Below are positions 51,404-60,394 of a DNA stretch of 64,000 bases, in pieces. Positions within the stretch are counted from its first letter, which is position 1. Each line of letters opens with the position of its first letter. The stretch comes from a virus. The notes beneath the pieces were generated by a model. The model did not search any database. It was not told the origin of the DNA and saw only the letters and a program-made list of their open reading frames with translations. Both the position numbers and the translations under genes were made by a program. The DNA lies in the IMG/VR virus record IMGVR_UViG_3300008954_002609, positions 40,468 through 104,467 of that record. One strand, 5' to 3'.

Positions 51404-52357
51404 TTATGGGCAATAAGGTGTTTTGTGAAATTCACACTTACTGCATGATAACTTATTTTTCATATAATTTTTACCTTTAATGTGAGTTAAGGCTTTATGA
51501 AGCAAATCAACTGCATTTGCCACACGTTTCGGTCCATTCGTTACTTTGAAAATTTCAACATTTTCTTTCTTTGCTGTTCTCTTCAGAAGAGCAAAGTATG
51601 TTTCAGCATTTTCTGGATCGATGTTGTGTTTTTTACAAAAATAATTTTTATAGAGACTCAATTGATAAACAGTCATTGGTTCCGATTTTCGCTGCATATT
51701 CCAGCCCCAAGAACAAGTCTTCCAATCAATTATGTGGTATTTCCCATCTTCAGTCTTGATAACAAGATCAATAAATCCTTTAAAGCTAACATCAGTATCG
51801 AACTCGGTAATACCCTCGAACAAAGATTCCTCCACGGAGACAAGATCGTACTTTCCAAACTGATCACTCAAAGCAGGTAGTATAAATTTGACCAGATGAA
51901 CTCCTTGATCTACCATCTCCAAAGACATTTTCTTGTTAATACACTCTTCCTTGAGTGCTTTTAATTCTTCTACAAATTTTTCCTTAAACATCTTTTCCCC
52001 ATTGCAGGTGGGGTCCTGAACTTTCATTTCGCAAACATAGTGAAGCGCCGTTCCGAAGGCTGTGTAATGGTTCCCCTCGAATCCTTTGAGTCCGTCAATA
52101 TAGGTTAGTTTATGTTTGAAGGGGCAGGAGTCCCAAATCTTAAGCTCCGAAAAGCTTATCTTTTTCTTCGGTGCTGAGTTCGCGCTTTTGTTTTGGAGCC
52201 CTTCTTCTTTTTGAGGTGGTTCGACTTGGTGTGGGCTTTTTTGGTTTTGGTTCTTCAATTGTTTCACTTTCTGCTTCTTGTTTATCAGGAATTTCTTTAG
52301 TTTCCTTGGTAACGAAACCAGCTTCCTTAACTTGTGCTTTTTCAAATTCCCATTCAC
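51404..52357 (-). CDS. PD-(D/E)XK exonuclease, Cas4/AddB-like with four-Cys Fe-S signature (start uncertain)
   Basis: ISFSEL..CP, FGTALH, GFIDL, IIDWKT, QLSLY, C-terminal CSKC..C. Confidence 0.85.
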   Translation of the reverse strand: MNGNLKKHKLRKLVSLPRKLKKFLINKKQKVKQLKNQNQKSPHQVEPPQKEEGLQNKSANSAPKKKISFSELKIWDSCPFKHKLTYIDGLKGFEGNHYTAFGTALHYVCEMKVQDPTCNGEKMFKEKFVEELKALKEECINKKMSLEMVDQGVHLVKFILPALSDQFGKYDLVSVEESLFEGITEFDTDVSFKGFIDLVIKTEDGKYHIIDWKTCSWGWNMQRKSEPMTVYQLSLYKNYFCKKHNIDPENAETYFALLKRTAKKENVEIFKVTNGPKRVANAVDLLHKALTHIKGKNYMKNKLSCSKCEFHKTPYCP

Positions 52358-52559
52358 CTTCTAGCACTATATTTGAACTATAGTTGTTCAAGACAGTGTT
52401 GCTTTTACAATTGGTGACTTTTATTCCTTGTTGGCTCAAGTAAACTTCCGCATCAACAGGGTCTACATGAGTCCTCTTGTCTTTCGCTTTCTTTCTAAAA
52501 GGGATGGAGCATTTGACCACTACATATGTTTCTTCATTTTTTTTAATTTTAAATTCCAT
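52140..52559 (-). CDS. Hypothetical protein with Lys/Glu-rich tail
   Basis: AAGGAG RBS; coupled to the upstream stop; 3' half overlaps the nuclease ORF. Confidence 0.65.
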   Translation of the reverse strand: MEFKIKKNEETYVVVKCSIPFRKKAKDKRTHVDPVDAEVYLSQQGIKVTNCKSNTVLNNYSSNIVLEGEWEFEKAQVKEAGFVTKETKEIPDKQEAESETIEEPKPKKPTPSRTTSKRRRAPKQKRELSTEEKDKLFGA

Positions 52560-52560
52560 G

Positions 52561-53331
52561 TTATTTCTCCTTATTATAATCTAGTTTTTCAAGTTTGTCA
52601 AACAAAATAGGACTTATTGTTGCTAATCTTCCATGATCTCTCTTGTTGAAATAAGTTTCAAACCCACAGGCAAAATACTCGTGCAGCGAAGTTATCGCAT
52701 ATGGAGAGTAAAAAAGGTTAACACTCACAGCCGCAAGTAGTGGGTACCCCAAATGATAATATAAAAAATTATCAAACTCTCTAGAGTATTCTGGCTCTAG
52801 AAAATTCTGATACTCTAGATCTATTTCTTCGTGGGCAGAAAGAAGATGGAAAAGCCTTTCCCTCTTTGATATAAATTCCGATTCGATCTTCCCATCTGAG
52901 AATATTTCCATTGGGTATTTATCGTGAACCGCGTGTGCGATTTCGTGAATTATATCATCTATAAGATCATCTTCGTCATCTTGCTCATTCGTAACATATA
53001 TCGCGCCGTCCATGTAGGCAGCGTTTACGCTTCTAGAATTAAGTTCGGAAAACTGGCCCACAATCACATAATCGATCTCATCCAAAAAATGATCTGGAAC
53101 CTTTCTGGAAACCTCTCTCAGTACTGAATCTAAGTCTATGTTGTTATTGGTAAAGTTATCCTTTATCATAACATAGATCGATCCTATTCTAACCTTCCCT
53201 ACAGACATAGATGATTTTTTACTTGTATTTTTTATATATTCTTCACTCAAATCATTACTCGGAAGATTTTTCTTCTTCGTCAGAGTCGTTTGAAATTTCC
53301 TGATGTATTTTTTGCCCCTCTTCGACATCAT
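52561..53331 (-). CDS. Zincin-like metallopeptidase (HEXXH); true start possibly TTG at 53250
   Basis: IIHEIAHAV plus downstream HEYFACGFE third-ligand motif. Confidence 0.65.
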   Translation of the reverse strand: MMSKRGKKYIRKFQTTLTKKKNLPSNDLSEEYIKNTSKKSSMSVGKVRIGSIYVMIKDNFTNNNIDLDSVLREVSRKVPDHFLDEIDYVIVGQFSELNSRSVNAAYMDGAIYVTNEQDDEDDLIDDIIHEIAHAVHDKYPMEIFSDGKIESEFISKRERLFHLLSAHEEIDLEYQNFLEPEYSREFDNFLYYHLGYPLLAAVSVNLFYSPYAITSLHEYFACGFETYFNKRDHGRLATISPILFDKLEKLDYNKEK

Positions 53332-53599
53332 TCAGTGCTTGGTGGTATCCTCTAATCCAATTTTCTTCAGCAACAGCCATCAAAAATTCCGGAAATTCTT
53401 CTGCCATTGTTTCAACGATCAAGCCTACAGTTACCTGATCTTCGTCTGGTGTCTTCTTTTCTCCCACATAGTTGACCAGCCACCTTTTTAATTCTGTGTC
53501 CGGGTTTGTTGCTTCCTTTAGCGCAGGGGTCACCTCATTCTCACCATTATCTGTAAATTCCACTTTCATGTTGTTTTCTTTATCTTCAACTAAACTCAT
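53255..53599 (-). CDS. Hypothetical protein
   Basis: 114-aa acidic ORF with RBS, in operon. Confidence 0.7.
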   Translation of the reverse strand: MSLVEDKENNMKVEFTDNGENEVTPALKEATNPDTELKRWLVNYVGEKKTPDEDQVTVGLIVETMAEEFPEFLMAVAEENWIRGYHQALNDVEEGQKIHQEISNDSDEEEKSSE

Positions 53600-53614
53600 T
53601 TTAATCCCTTTCCT

Positions 53615-54955
53615 TTATAAAATTTTTGCTGCCACGGAAGCCACCTTAGACCTCTCTCCCTTTAACAAGGTTATGTGACCTGCTATATCTTGATCTTTAA
53701 ACTTTTCTACGACATAAGAGAGACCGTTGTTTGTTCCATCTATATAAACGTTATCTATTTGCTCTATATCTCCAGTAAGAACTATTTTTGTCCCTTCTCC
53801 GACTCTTGTCAGTACCGTCTTTATTTCATGTCTGTTCATGTTTTGAGCCTCATCAATAATTATAAACGCATTTGAAATCGATCGACCTCTTATATATGTC
53901 ATTGCCTCGACCTCTATTCGCCCCTCTTCAATGTGCATCTCTAGAGTCATCTTATCATTTCCGAAGAGAAATTGTAAATTATCTTGTATAGGTGCAAGCC
54001 AAGGCATCATTTTTTCTTCCATTGACCCAGGTAAGAAGCCTATATCTTTTCCGACGGGCTCGACTGGTTTTGTAACCACTATCTTGTTGTAAACCCTATC
54101 GTTGGCAGTTTCTCCAAAAGTTTGTTGAAGTGCAGATGCTAATGCCAACAGAGTCTTGCCTGAGCCGGCTTTACCAATTAAAGACACTACCGGAACCGAT
54201 GGGTCCATTAAGAGATCAGCTGCGAATGTTTGCTCCTTATTTCTAGGCTTCAATCCCCAGATAAACTTCTTACTTTGTCTGACTTTCTTGAGTGGTTCCC
54301 TGTAATTTAAAAACCTTACAAGTGACGCTTTTTTATCATTCGTATTAGACACAAGCATTATAAATTGGTTTTGATTTACCCTTACGTCTTCCTCTTCGAG
54401 ATAGAATGGAATATCGTTGTAAACATCATCAATGACTTGATCATCTACCAAGTGAGTCATGAATCCGGTATATAAACCGCTAACGTCCTCAACCACTTGT
54501 TCTAGATTATAGTCTTCACATTCTAATCCAAGAGAGTCACACTTGACTCTCATGTTTATATCACGAGAAACTACTATAACCTCTGAATCTTCATTATTAT
54601 TCTTTTCAGTCAACGCTGTAGCAATAATCTGGTTGTCTGGGTTGTCTAAATCCAAATCGTCAGGTAGTACGAAGGGGTCATAACTCTTAGCATAGACCAT
54701 GCCCTTAGCTTCTGAAATCTGAACGCCGTGATGCAGATTCCCATGTTCTCTTAGTTTGTCTAGTTTTCTTATTATGCTACGGGCGTGTGCGCCTACGGGA
54801 TCTTGTCTCTTCTTATGCTTATCAATCTCATCAAGAACCTTTAGTGGAATGACTATGTCTGATTCCCCGAAAGATTCTAAAGAATTTGCATCTGTTAAAT
54901 AAACATTGGTGTCGAGAACATAGATTTTTTTTGTTTTTGACAATTCGTCAGACAA
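53615..54955 (-). CDS. phoH: PhoH-family ATPase with N-terminal PIN domain
   Basis: VLDTNV..DNQI..SRDINMR (PIN); GKAGSGKT, GFLPG, RGRS, DEAQN, GDIEQID. Confidence 0.93.
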   Translation of the reverse strand: MSDELSKTKKIYVLDTNVYLTDANSLESFGESDIVIPLKVLDEIDKHKKRQDPVGAHARSIIRKLDKLREHGNLHHGVQISEAKGMVYAKSYDPFVLPDDLDLDNPDNQIIATALTEKNNNEDSEVIVVSRDINMRVKCDSLGLECEDYNLEQVVEDVSGLYTGFMTHLVDDQVIDDVYNDIPFYLEEEDVRVNQNQFIMLVSNTNDKKASLVRFLNYREPLKKVRQSKKFIWGLKPRNKEQTFAADLLMDPSVPVVSLIGKAGSGKTLLALASALQQTFGETANDRVYNKIVVTKPVEPVGKDIGFLPGSMEEKMMPWLAPIQDNLQFLFGNDKMTLEMHIEEGRIEVEAMTYIRGRSISNAFIIIDEAQNMNRHEIKTVLTRVGEGTKIVLTGDIEQIDNVYIDGTNNGLSYVVEKFKDQDIAGHITLLKGERSKVASVAAKIL

Positions 54956-54992
54956 TGTAATTACTCTCTTTCCTTATATAGTAATTAGATCT

Positions 54993-55238
54993 TTACTTTG
55001 ATTTTACCCAATCAGTTGGAGTAACTATATATATTTCCTTGATTGTTGCTCTTGTTTCGCCCTTTTTTGTCTTAAAATGAAATATTGGCTTCACATAACC
55101 TCTTTCCTCTAGGGTTCTTTTTTTTGTTTCTGCGAAAGTAAACTCATTGTTTGGACTCATTGGTGGAGCTGCAAGTGTGGCTATGGATGCCAATATTGTG
55201 GTTAATGCGTAAGCGTATAAATTCATGTTTTCTATCAA
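54993..55238 (-). CDS. Small hypothetical protein with signal/TM segment
   Basis: Hydrophobic N-terminus; fills intergenic space. Confidence 0.5.
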   Translation of the reverse strand: MIENMNLYAYALTTILASIATLAAPPMSPNNEFTFAETKKRTLEERGYVKPIFHFKTKKGETRATIKEIYIVTPTDWVKSK

Positions 55239-55298
55239 ATCCTTTTTGTTTAAAAAAAATATCTTTGCTAATATACTTATAATATATAGGGGGTTGAG

Positions 55299-56090
55299 AT
55301 GTTAAAGGTAATATTGTTAACAATAACGATGCTTATTTTATCGTGCCATTCCAGCGTAGGAGAAATCATAAAAACATCCAGAGCAGGGACAACGAAAACA
55401 AGCACCAAAAAGGAAATCCCCGTAAAGTCTTTCGCTAAAATAATAAAAACACTGCACGTAAAAAAGTGTAAAAAGATGAACATAACTCCATGCAAGGATG
55501 GAGACAAATTTACGTCTGTTGGGTCTGGGGTTTCCGTAGGCAAAACAAGTGGAGGATCATTGATTTTGACGGCTGGTCATGTGTGCACAATGCAGTTATC
55601 GGAAAACGCCAAAAGCCTTATGGAAGAGCATGAGATAATCATGGAAGCCATCAACATAAATAATGAAAAACGAAAAGCTATTATAATATCTTCAATTGTG
55701 GAACCAGATGGTGCTGATCTGTGCTTGTTGTTCGTGGAGGGTCTAGAAACAGAAGGAATACTACTATCTGATGAGGCTCCGAAAGTAGGTGACAAGGTAT
55801 ACAACATTGCTGCTCCTGCGGGGATATTTCATCCCCCGACCGTTCCAATAATGCATGGTATTTTCTCTGGTCCAGTAAATGATTCAAACGCAATGGTCAC
55901 TGTGCCAGCTATTGGAGGTAGTTCCGGTAGCGCAATAATAGACGAGGATATGAGACTTGTTGGAATATTATTTGCCACCCACCCAGGATTCAACACCATT
56001 ACTTTGTGTTCCACTTATGAGGTGATGGCCATTTTTCTAAACGAAGGTATAAAGAAGTTTCTCGCAATGAAACTTGGTTCTACGAATTAG
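55299..56090 (+). CDS. Trypsin-like (S1) serine protease with signal/lipoprotein peptide
   Basis: TAGHVC, DLCLL, GGSSGS triad motifs; N-terminal LILSC; the only credible plus-strand gene. Confidence 0.88.
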   Translation: MLKVILLTITMLILSCHSSVGEIIKTSRAGTTKTSTKKEIPVKSFAKIIKTLHVKKCKKMNITPCKDGDKFTSVGSGVSVGKTSGGSLILTAGHVCTMQLSENAKSLMEEHEIIMEAININNEKRKAIIISSIVEPDGADLCLLFVEGLETEGILLSDEAPKVGDKVYNIAAPAGIFHPPTVPIMHGIFSGPVNDSNAMVTVPAIGGSSGSAIIDEDMRLVGILFATHPGFNTITLCSTYEVMAIFLNEGIKKFLAMKLGSTN

Positions 56091-56250
56091 AGATCCAAGA
56101 ATTTAAAATATTTAATTTTCTTTCCTTAATAAGTCTAAGCCGGTGCGCGAAATGAGGTCGGTTTGACTTCTCAGCCTTAGCAATTGTTTCTTCGATTTCC
56201 TCTATTTCCATTTTTAAAGAATTAATTCTTTTAGTTTTTATCTTCATCAT
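56080..56250 (-). CDS. Small basic hypothetical protein (56 aa)
   Basis: Below the ORF-track cutoff; ATGA-coupled to the upstream gene: MMKIKTKRINSLKMEIEEIEETIAKAEKSNRPHFAHRLRLIKERKLNILNSWISNS. Confidence 0.55.
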   Translation of the reverse strand: MMKIKTKRINSLKMEIEEIEETIAKAEKSNRPHFAHRLRLIKERKLNILNSWISNS

Positions 56251-56570
56251 TTTTTAGTACCCCTGGTTTTTATTTCTTTTTTGTTAAACTTTATAAAAAG
56301 CCTATATCTTAGGTCTACACCGTATCCAGAGCCTCCAGGAGGCATCGAAGCACAGTGGTAAACGTCTTTAACTAGGTCACTGTCAATTAAACGACCAATT
56401 GCTTCATCAGAAATTTTATCTATTGTGACCTGGTATGTGTCTGTGGTCCTTGCCGTCTTCTTGAAATTGTCCCAATTTATACCCAAGTACTCTAAATCTG
56501 AAAGAGAATCTTTCAAAAATTTTAAAGATTCTGATCGTGTTAGAGATCTAACTCTTTTTGTCGTAGCCAT
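56247..56570 (-). CDS. Hypothetical protein
   Basis: 107-aa ORF in a coupled operon. Confidence 0.65.
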   Translation of the reverse strand: MATTKRVRSLTRSESLKFLKDSLSDLEYLGINWDNFKKTARTTDTYQVTIDKISDEAIGRLIDSDLVKDVYHCASMPPGGSGYGVDLRYRLFIKFNKKEIKTRGTKK

Positions 56571-56739
56571 CCTTATACCAACCCTTCCCTAATAATCGAA
56601 AACTAGTCATGCTTATGCACTTTTCTAAAGAATCCTCTTTCAAACACTTAGGGCACAAACTTAGTGGTTCCTCTTTGATTGTCTGAAGGGATTCAAATTC
56701 GTGTTCACACGAGCTGCATCTATATCTGTAAATAGGCAT
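56548..56739 (-). CDS. FmdB-family zinc-ribbon protein
   Basis: MPIYRYRCSSC...CPKC...FRLLGKGWYKDGY. Confidence 0.88.
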   Translation of the reverse strand: MPIYRYRCSSCEHEFESLQTIKEEPLSLCPKCLKEDSLEKCISMTSFRLLGKGWYKDGYDKKS

Positions 56740-56741
56740 TG

Positions 56742-57377
56742 TTAAATAATCTCATCAACAAGACCATATTCAAGACATTGATCAGCATCCCACCAAATGT
56801 CATGCTTTAAAATTTCATCCATCTTATCTTCTGGAATCTTCGTATACCTTCTGTAAATGTTTTTAATTTTCTTCATTAACATTTCTGAATTTTGCATATC
56901 ATCTTGCATGTCTTGAAACTTTCCCCACAAGTGTCCGGACAACTGGTGCACTAACATGCAAGCGTTTTTGTGCATATATCTTTTGGATCCCACCACACTC
57001 ATCAAAGTGGCAGCACTTGCCGCGCAGCCTTCTATTATTGTTTCCACCGGAACTTTCGAATTCAAGATATAATCCACAGCTGACAATCCTGCAAAAACGC
57101 TACCTCCATAGCTGTTTATGTGCAATCTAATTGAGTCTGTTTTTTCAGAGTTATAGGTGAATGCCCTAGTTGCAAGATTGTTTCCCATATTCATCATAGC
57201 TTTGTTCAGCTTTAAAATTTTTGGTCTATTAACAGAAGAATAAAAGAAAATATTATTACCAGAATATTCAACCACGTTGAAGTCATCGCCATCTCCATTT
57301 TCCTTTGGCGTGGCAACCTTTCTAGTCACTGTTACCGTGCCTACTTCTTCCTCTAAGCCCCATCTATAATCTTTCAT
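56742..57377 (-). CDS. clpP: ClpP-like protease (S14)
   Basis: HINSYGGSV, AASAATL (Ser), LVHQ (His), HDIWWDA..CLEYGLVDEI. Confidence 0.85.
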   Translation of the reverse strand: MKDYRWGLEEEVGTVTVTRKVATPKENGDGDDFNVVEYSGNNIFFYSSVNRPKILKLNKAMMNMGNNLATRAFTYNSEKTDSIRLHINSYGGSVFAGLSAVDYILNSKVPVETIIEGCAASAATLMSVVGSKRYMHKNACMLVHQLSGHLWGKFQDMQDDMQNSEMLMKKIKNIYRRYTKIPEDKMDEILKHDIWWDADQCLEYGLVDEII

Positions 57378-57401
57378 ACACCTTCCTTTTAAAAAAAATA
57401 G

Positions 57402-57475
57402 TGGACCTCCTCGGACTTGAACCGAGAACCTGCCGGTTATGAGCCGGATGCTCTAACCTATTGAGCTAGAGGTCC
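57402..57475 (-). tRNA. tRNA-Ile2 (anticodon CAT, lysidine substrate); CCA not encoded
   Basis: Cloverleaf GGACCTC-TA-GCTC AATAGGTTA GAGC-A-TCCGG CTCATAA CCGGC-AGGTT-CTCGG TTCAAGT CCGAG-GAGGTCC-A. G1-C72 is paired (not initiator), C4-G69/C5-G68 present, directly downstream of tilS. Confidence 0.88.
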
Positions 57476-57488
57476 AAATACATTATAC

Positions 57489-58100
57489 TCAATAATCTTT
57501 ATAAATTTCAATTAATTTTTTTCGAATCGTTGTTCGTATACCTGGATTAACTTTCAGAACTTGCGGCATAACATTATGTCTAATATGGTTTCTCATTAAA
57601 CTCTTTGTCATTCTGTTAGATGGATCTTCAATCCACTCTACTTCCTTTCTATTAGCATAATCAACAACTGACTTCTTGTCAGTCATGAGAAATGGTCTAT
57701 AAATGTTTACTCCCCTTTTGTGGGGGATCATTTTTGGATTACCATGAAAAGAAGAAAATAGCCAAGTCTCTACAACATCGTCCAAGTGGTGACAAGTAAT
57801 TATAAATTTACTATTTAAAGATTCTAAAAACCTATACCTCTCATCACGCCAAAACTCTTCCATGGACCTCCTGCCTTTGCTGCCCTTAACTCGCCCTACT
57901 GTCAGAATAAGATTGTTTTTTGCCGCATACTCTCGAACAAATTTCTCTGCTTCTTTGGAGTGACTTGTGTCATGGTTAAAGTAGGCTAAGTCCACTTTCC
58001 TTTTTCCATTTATAAGAAAGTCTGTCATTACCATAGAATCTATTCCCCCGGAACAAGCAATCGTAACCCTTCGAGGTATTTTTCCAATAATTCTTATCAT
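57489..58100 (-). CDS. tilS: tRNA(Ile)-lysidine synthetase, minimal (catalytic domain only)
   Basis: ACSGGIDS PP-loop, FNH, RDERY, HHLDDVVET, RPFL, WIEDPSN, RNHIRH. Confidence 0.92.
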   Translation of the reverse strand: MIRIIGKIPRRVTIACSGGIDSMVMTDFLINGKRKVDLAYFNHDTSHSKEAEKFVREYAAKNNLILTVGRVKGSKGRRSMEEFWRDERYRFLESLNSKFIITCHHLDDVVETWLFSSFHGNPKMIPHKRGVNIYRPFLMTDKKSVVDYANRKEVEWIEDPSNRMTKSLMRNHIRHNVMPQVLKVNPGIRTTIRKKLIEIYKDY

Positions 58101-58127
58101 AATATTCTTTTCTCATAAAGTCTATAT

Positions 58128-58156
58128 TTTATACCACTATTTGCTCAATAAGTCAA
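58128..58156 (-). promoter_or_regulatory. Sigma70-type promoter for the tilS-tRNA-clpP operon
   Basis: TTGACT-N17-TATAAA with TG extended -10. Confidence 0.75.
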
Positions 58157-58164
58157 GTCTTTAT

Positions 58165-59877
58165 TTATCCGGATACACCAGAACCAGACAAAAATGTAAC
58201 TGTGAGAATATCATCTGAATCGAGAGATAAATCTTCATTCATAAATATCTTGATTTGATTCGACGTCCCGCTTCCACTATTGATTCTATAATCAGCATGT
58301 GGGGCACTGCTGCCTGTGGTGTTTGTGTCCCCTAGATCGTGTTCTCCGTGCAACAACACACCGTTTAAATAAACCATTAAAGTTCCAGACTGGGGCACTG
58401 CACCTAGAGATGCTGTTGTGTATGGTGTTGCCATGGCATGGGTTGCAAACATGCCCTTAGTTGGTACAGACCCGGATATGTTAGAACCATCAGCTCTCAC
58501 AAAAATCTTCTTTCTAAAGCCCACACTCAGGCGACCTCCACTGAATGATAGTCCTCCGTGAGCATCGGAATTATTTTGTACGATATTTTTATGAATATGT
58601 TCTTTTTTGATGAGGGTGTTGGGTCCTGAACCACTTATCTGTCCAAACACCTGTAACGTTTGAACGCTGATTCTACTACCTGAAATATGGCTCACAACAG
58701 ATTTATCAGCAGTTACGGTATGAGTAGTGACAGCAGATCCAGAAACAGTCCCTGCTGAAGTCACGCCGCCTGCTGTAACTGTACCCACTATACCAGCAGC
58801 GCCTGCAATAGACGCAGACATTGCACTAATGAGTGTATATCTCTTGGTTGCCGAACCTAGGGCCACTTTGTTGTCGTTCTGTGGTATTAAGTCTGTGGTC
58901 TGACCGCCCAAGAAAGATAAATCGTCAGTATTCGATGATCCCAAGATTACGCTATTTGAAGCAGTTATGCTACTGACCGCTATACCACCAAAGACACAAT
59001 CGTCCCCCGTTAAATCATGAAAATTTCCCGTTGCCCCAGACAAGATACCCCTGCTTGATAATATATGCGTTTCAACCTTCTGAGCCTGAAGTAATGAACC
59101 TGAAATAGACCCTGTAACTCCGAACCTCATTCCGGAAGTTCCAAGTATCGCTTGTGTTACTGATCCAGACTTAAAGCTTGCTCCGGCTTGGCCATCGACA
59201 TTCACTATTAGAGAGTCTCCTGTAAAAGTCCTAGATCCAAGAGTTAAAGACATTAGGGGACTAGATCCTGTTCCTTCAACCCCTGCAGTGCCTCCTAATT
59301 GAAATCCCGAACCAACAAAATCACCTGCACTTGAACCCGACACAGCTGCTATTATTAAGTTATCTTTTATCTCTAGAGAATCTTTTGTTACTGTTCTTGA
59401 TACTAATTCTTGTACTTCCAAAGACGTAATTTTTGCAAAAGACGCTGTTAAAGAAACAGTATTTATTTGATTGGACCCAACCCTATCCACATCAATGTAA
59501 TTAGAAGTCAAGGTTGATCCAGATATTCTATGAAAAGTGCCCAACGAACCTGAAAAAACATGTCCAAGATTAGTATTAAAATTTGAAGTTGAGCCAGATA
59601 TTTGATTTGTTATTATTCTATCTGCGTCAAAAAAATTAAATGTCCCGGTTGATCCTGAAATTTTGTGATACGTTGAATTTGAGCCGGAAATTATTCCGTA
59701 AGTAGCTAAGGATCCCGATATGATATCCAGATCGACGCCTCCGCCACCGCCAACGTCCAGAACGACGCGCCCTTCCGCATTGACTGCTAAGTAGCTTCCT
59801 TCTCCGGCGGCGGAACCAGAAGGAACAATGCCCCAGCCTATTTCACTTACGTGTACTTTTCTTTTAGTTCTTGCCAT
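58165..59877 (-). CDS. Ser/Gly-rich virion fibre/decoration-like protein
   Basis: 16 SGS tripeptides, ISGS-periodic beta repeats, LIPQ.DN..ALGSATKRY fibre motif, LMVYLNGVLL C-terminal module. Confidence 0.7.
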   Translation of the reverse strand: MARTKRKVHVSEIGWGIVPSGSAAGEGSYLAVNAEGRVVLDVGGGGGVDLDIISGSLATYGIISGSNSTYHKISGSTGTFNFFDADRIITNQISGSTSNFNTNLGHVFSGSLGTFHRISGSTLTSNYIDVDRVGSNQINTVSLTASFAKITSLEVQELVSRTVTKDSLEIKDNLIIAAVSGSSAGDFVGSGFQLGGTAGVEGTGSSPLMSLTLGSRTFTGDSLIVNVDGQAGASFKSGSVTQAILGTSGMRFGVTGSISGSLLQAQKVETHILSSRGILSGATGNFHDLTGDDCVFGGIAVSSITASNSVILGSSNTDDLSFLGGQTTDLIPQNDNKVALGSATKRYTLISAMSASIAGAAGIVGTVTAGGVTSAGTVSGSAVTTHTVTADKSVVSHISGSRISVQTLQVFGQISGSGPNTLIKKEHIHKNIVQNNSDAHGGLSFSGGRLSVGFRKKIFVRADGSNISGSVPTKGMFATHAMATPYTTASLGAVPQSGTLMVYLNGVLLHGEHDLGDTNTTGSSAPHADYRINSGSGTSNQIKIFMNEDLSLDSDDILTVTFLSGSGVSG

Positions 59878-60394
59878 CCTGTATTAGCTCCAGAATTCTT
59901 TCTACATGACCTATAGCTTCTTTCAGGTCAAGTGCGTCATACCACGCCGAGGCGGTATTATCGCCAGTGTCAGGGGCGGCTGAATGTATCGTGTCTGCTG
60001 TTTCTATTTCATCTCTAGATTTGATAATATTCTTAATGTATGCTATTTTATTTTCTATTTCTTTTTTTGCCTCCGGAGTGACTCCTTTGTTGTTGATGGA
60101 GTCCTCCACGTCGTTGACAAAGAGTCCTAATTGTTTGCGTACATCTTTTCCCAAAGTTAAAGTAGGAAGGTTCAAAGGTCTATCTGACTTCTTAAAAATA
60201 TCTTTATCTTTTTGTAAAGCCTGCAAGGCAGATATCACATCTTGAGGATCTGCGTCAATTCTTCGGCTTTTCCTGCCCTTTACCATATCTGGGTAGTCGG
60301 GGTCTGGATTTGGCATTTCTTCAGGGCTAGATAGCTTTGGCATTGGCTTAAGCTTCTTTCTAAAGTCTCTCCAGTTTTCCATTATAAGTTTCAT
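59864..60394 (-). CDS. Hypothetical protein with MKLIMENW leader
   Basis: Starts MKLIMENWRDFRKK. Confidence 0.75.
   Translation of the reverse strand: MKLIMENWRDFRKKLKPMPKLSSPEEMPNPDPDYPDMVKGRKSRRIDADPQDVISALQALQKDKDIFKKSDRPLNLPTLTLGKDVRKQLGLFVNDVEDSINNKGVTPEAKKEIENKIAYIKNIIKSRDEIETADTIHSAAPDTGDNTASAWYDALDLKEAIGHVERILELIQDGKN

Noticed and set aside
52236-52242. A_AAA_AAG -1 frameshift heptamer in the 52140-52559 ORF as a route to a nuclease fusion
   Set aside because: The -1 frame reaches TAA after about 20 codons; the nuclease is in the +1 frame.
51404-52357. CRISPR-Cas system suggested by the Cas4-like nuclease
   Set aside because: No repeat-spacer array or other cas genes seen; stand-alone Cas4-like nucleases are common in phages.
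57402-57475. tRNA-Met or initiator tRNA assignment
   Set aside because: G1-C72 is paired and there is no triple G-C anticodon stem; the Ile2-type acceptor and adjacency to tilS favour tRNA-Ile2.
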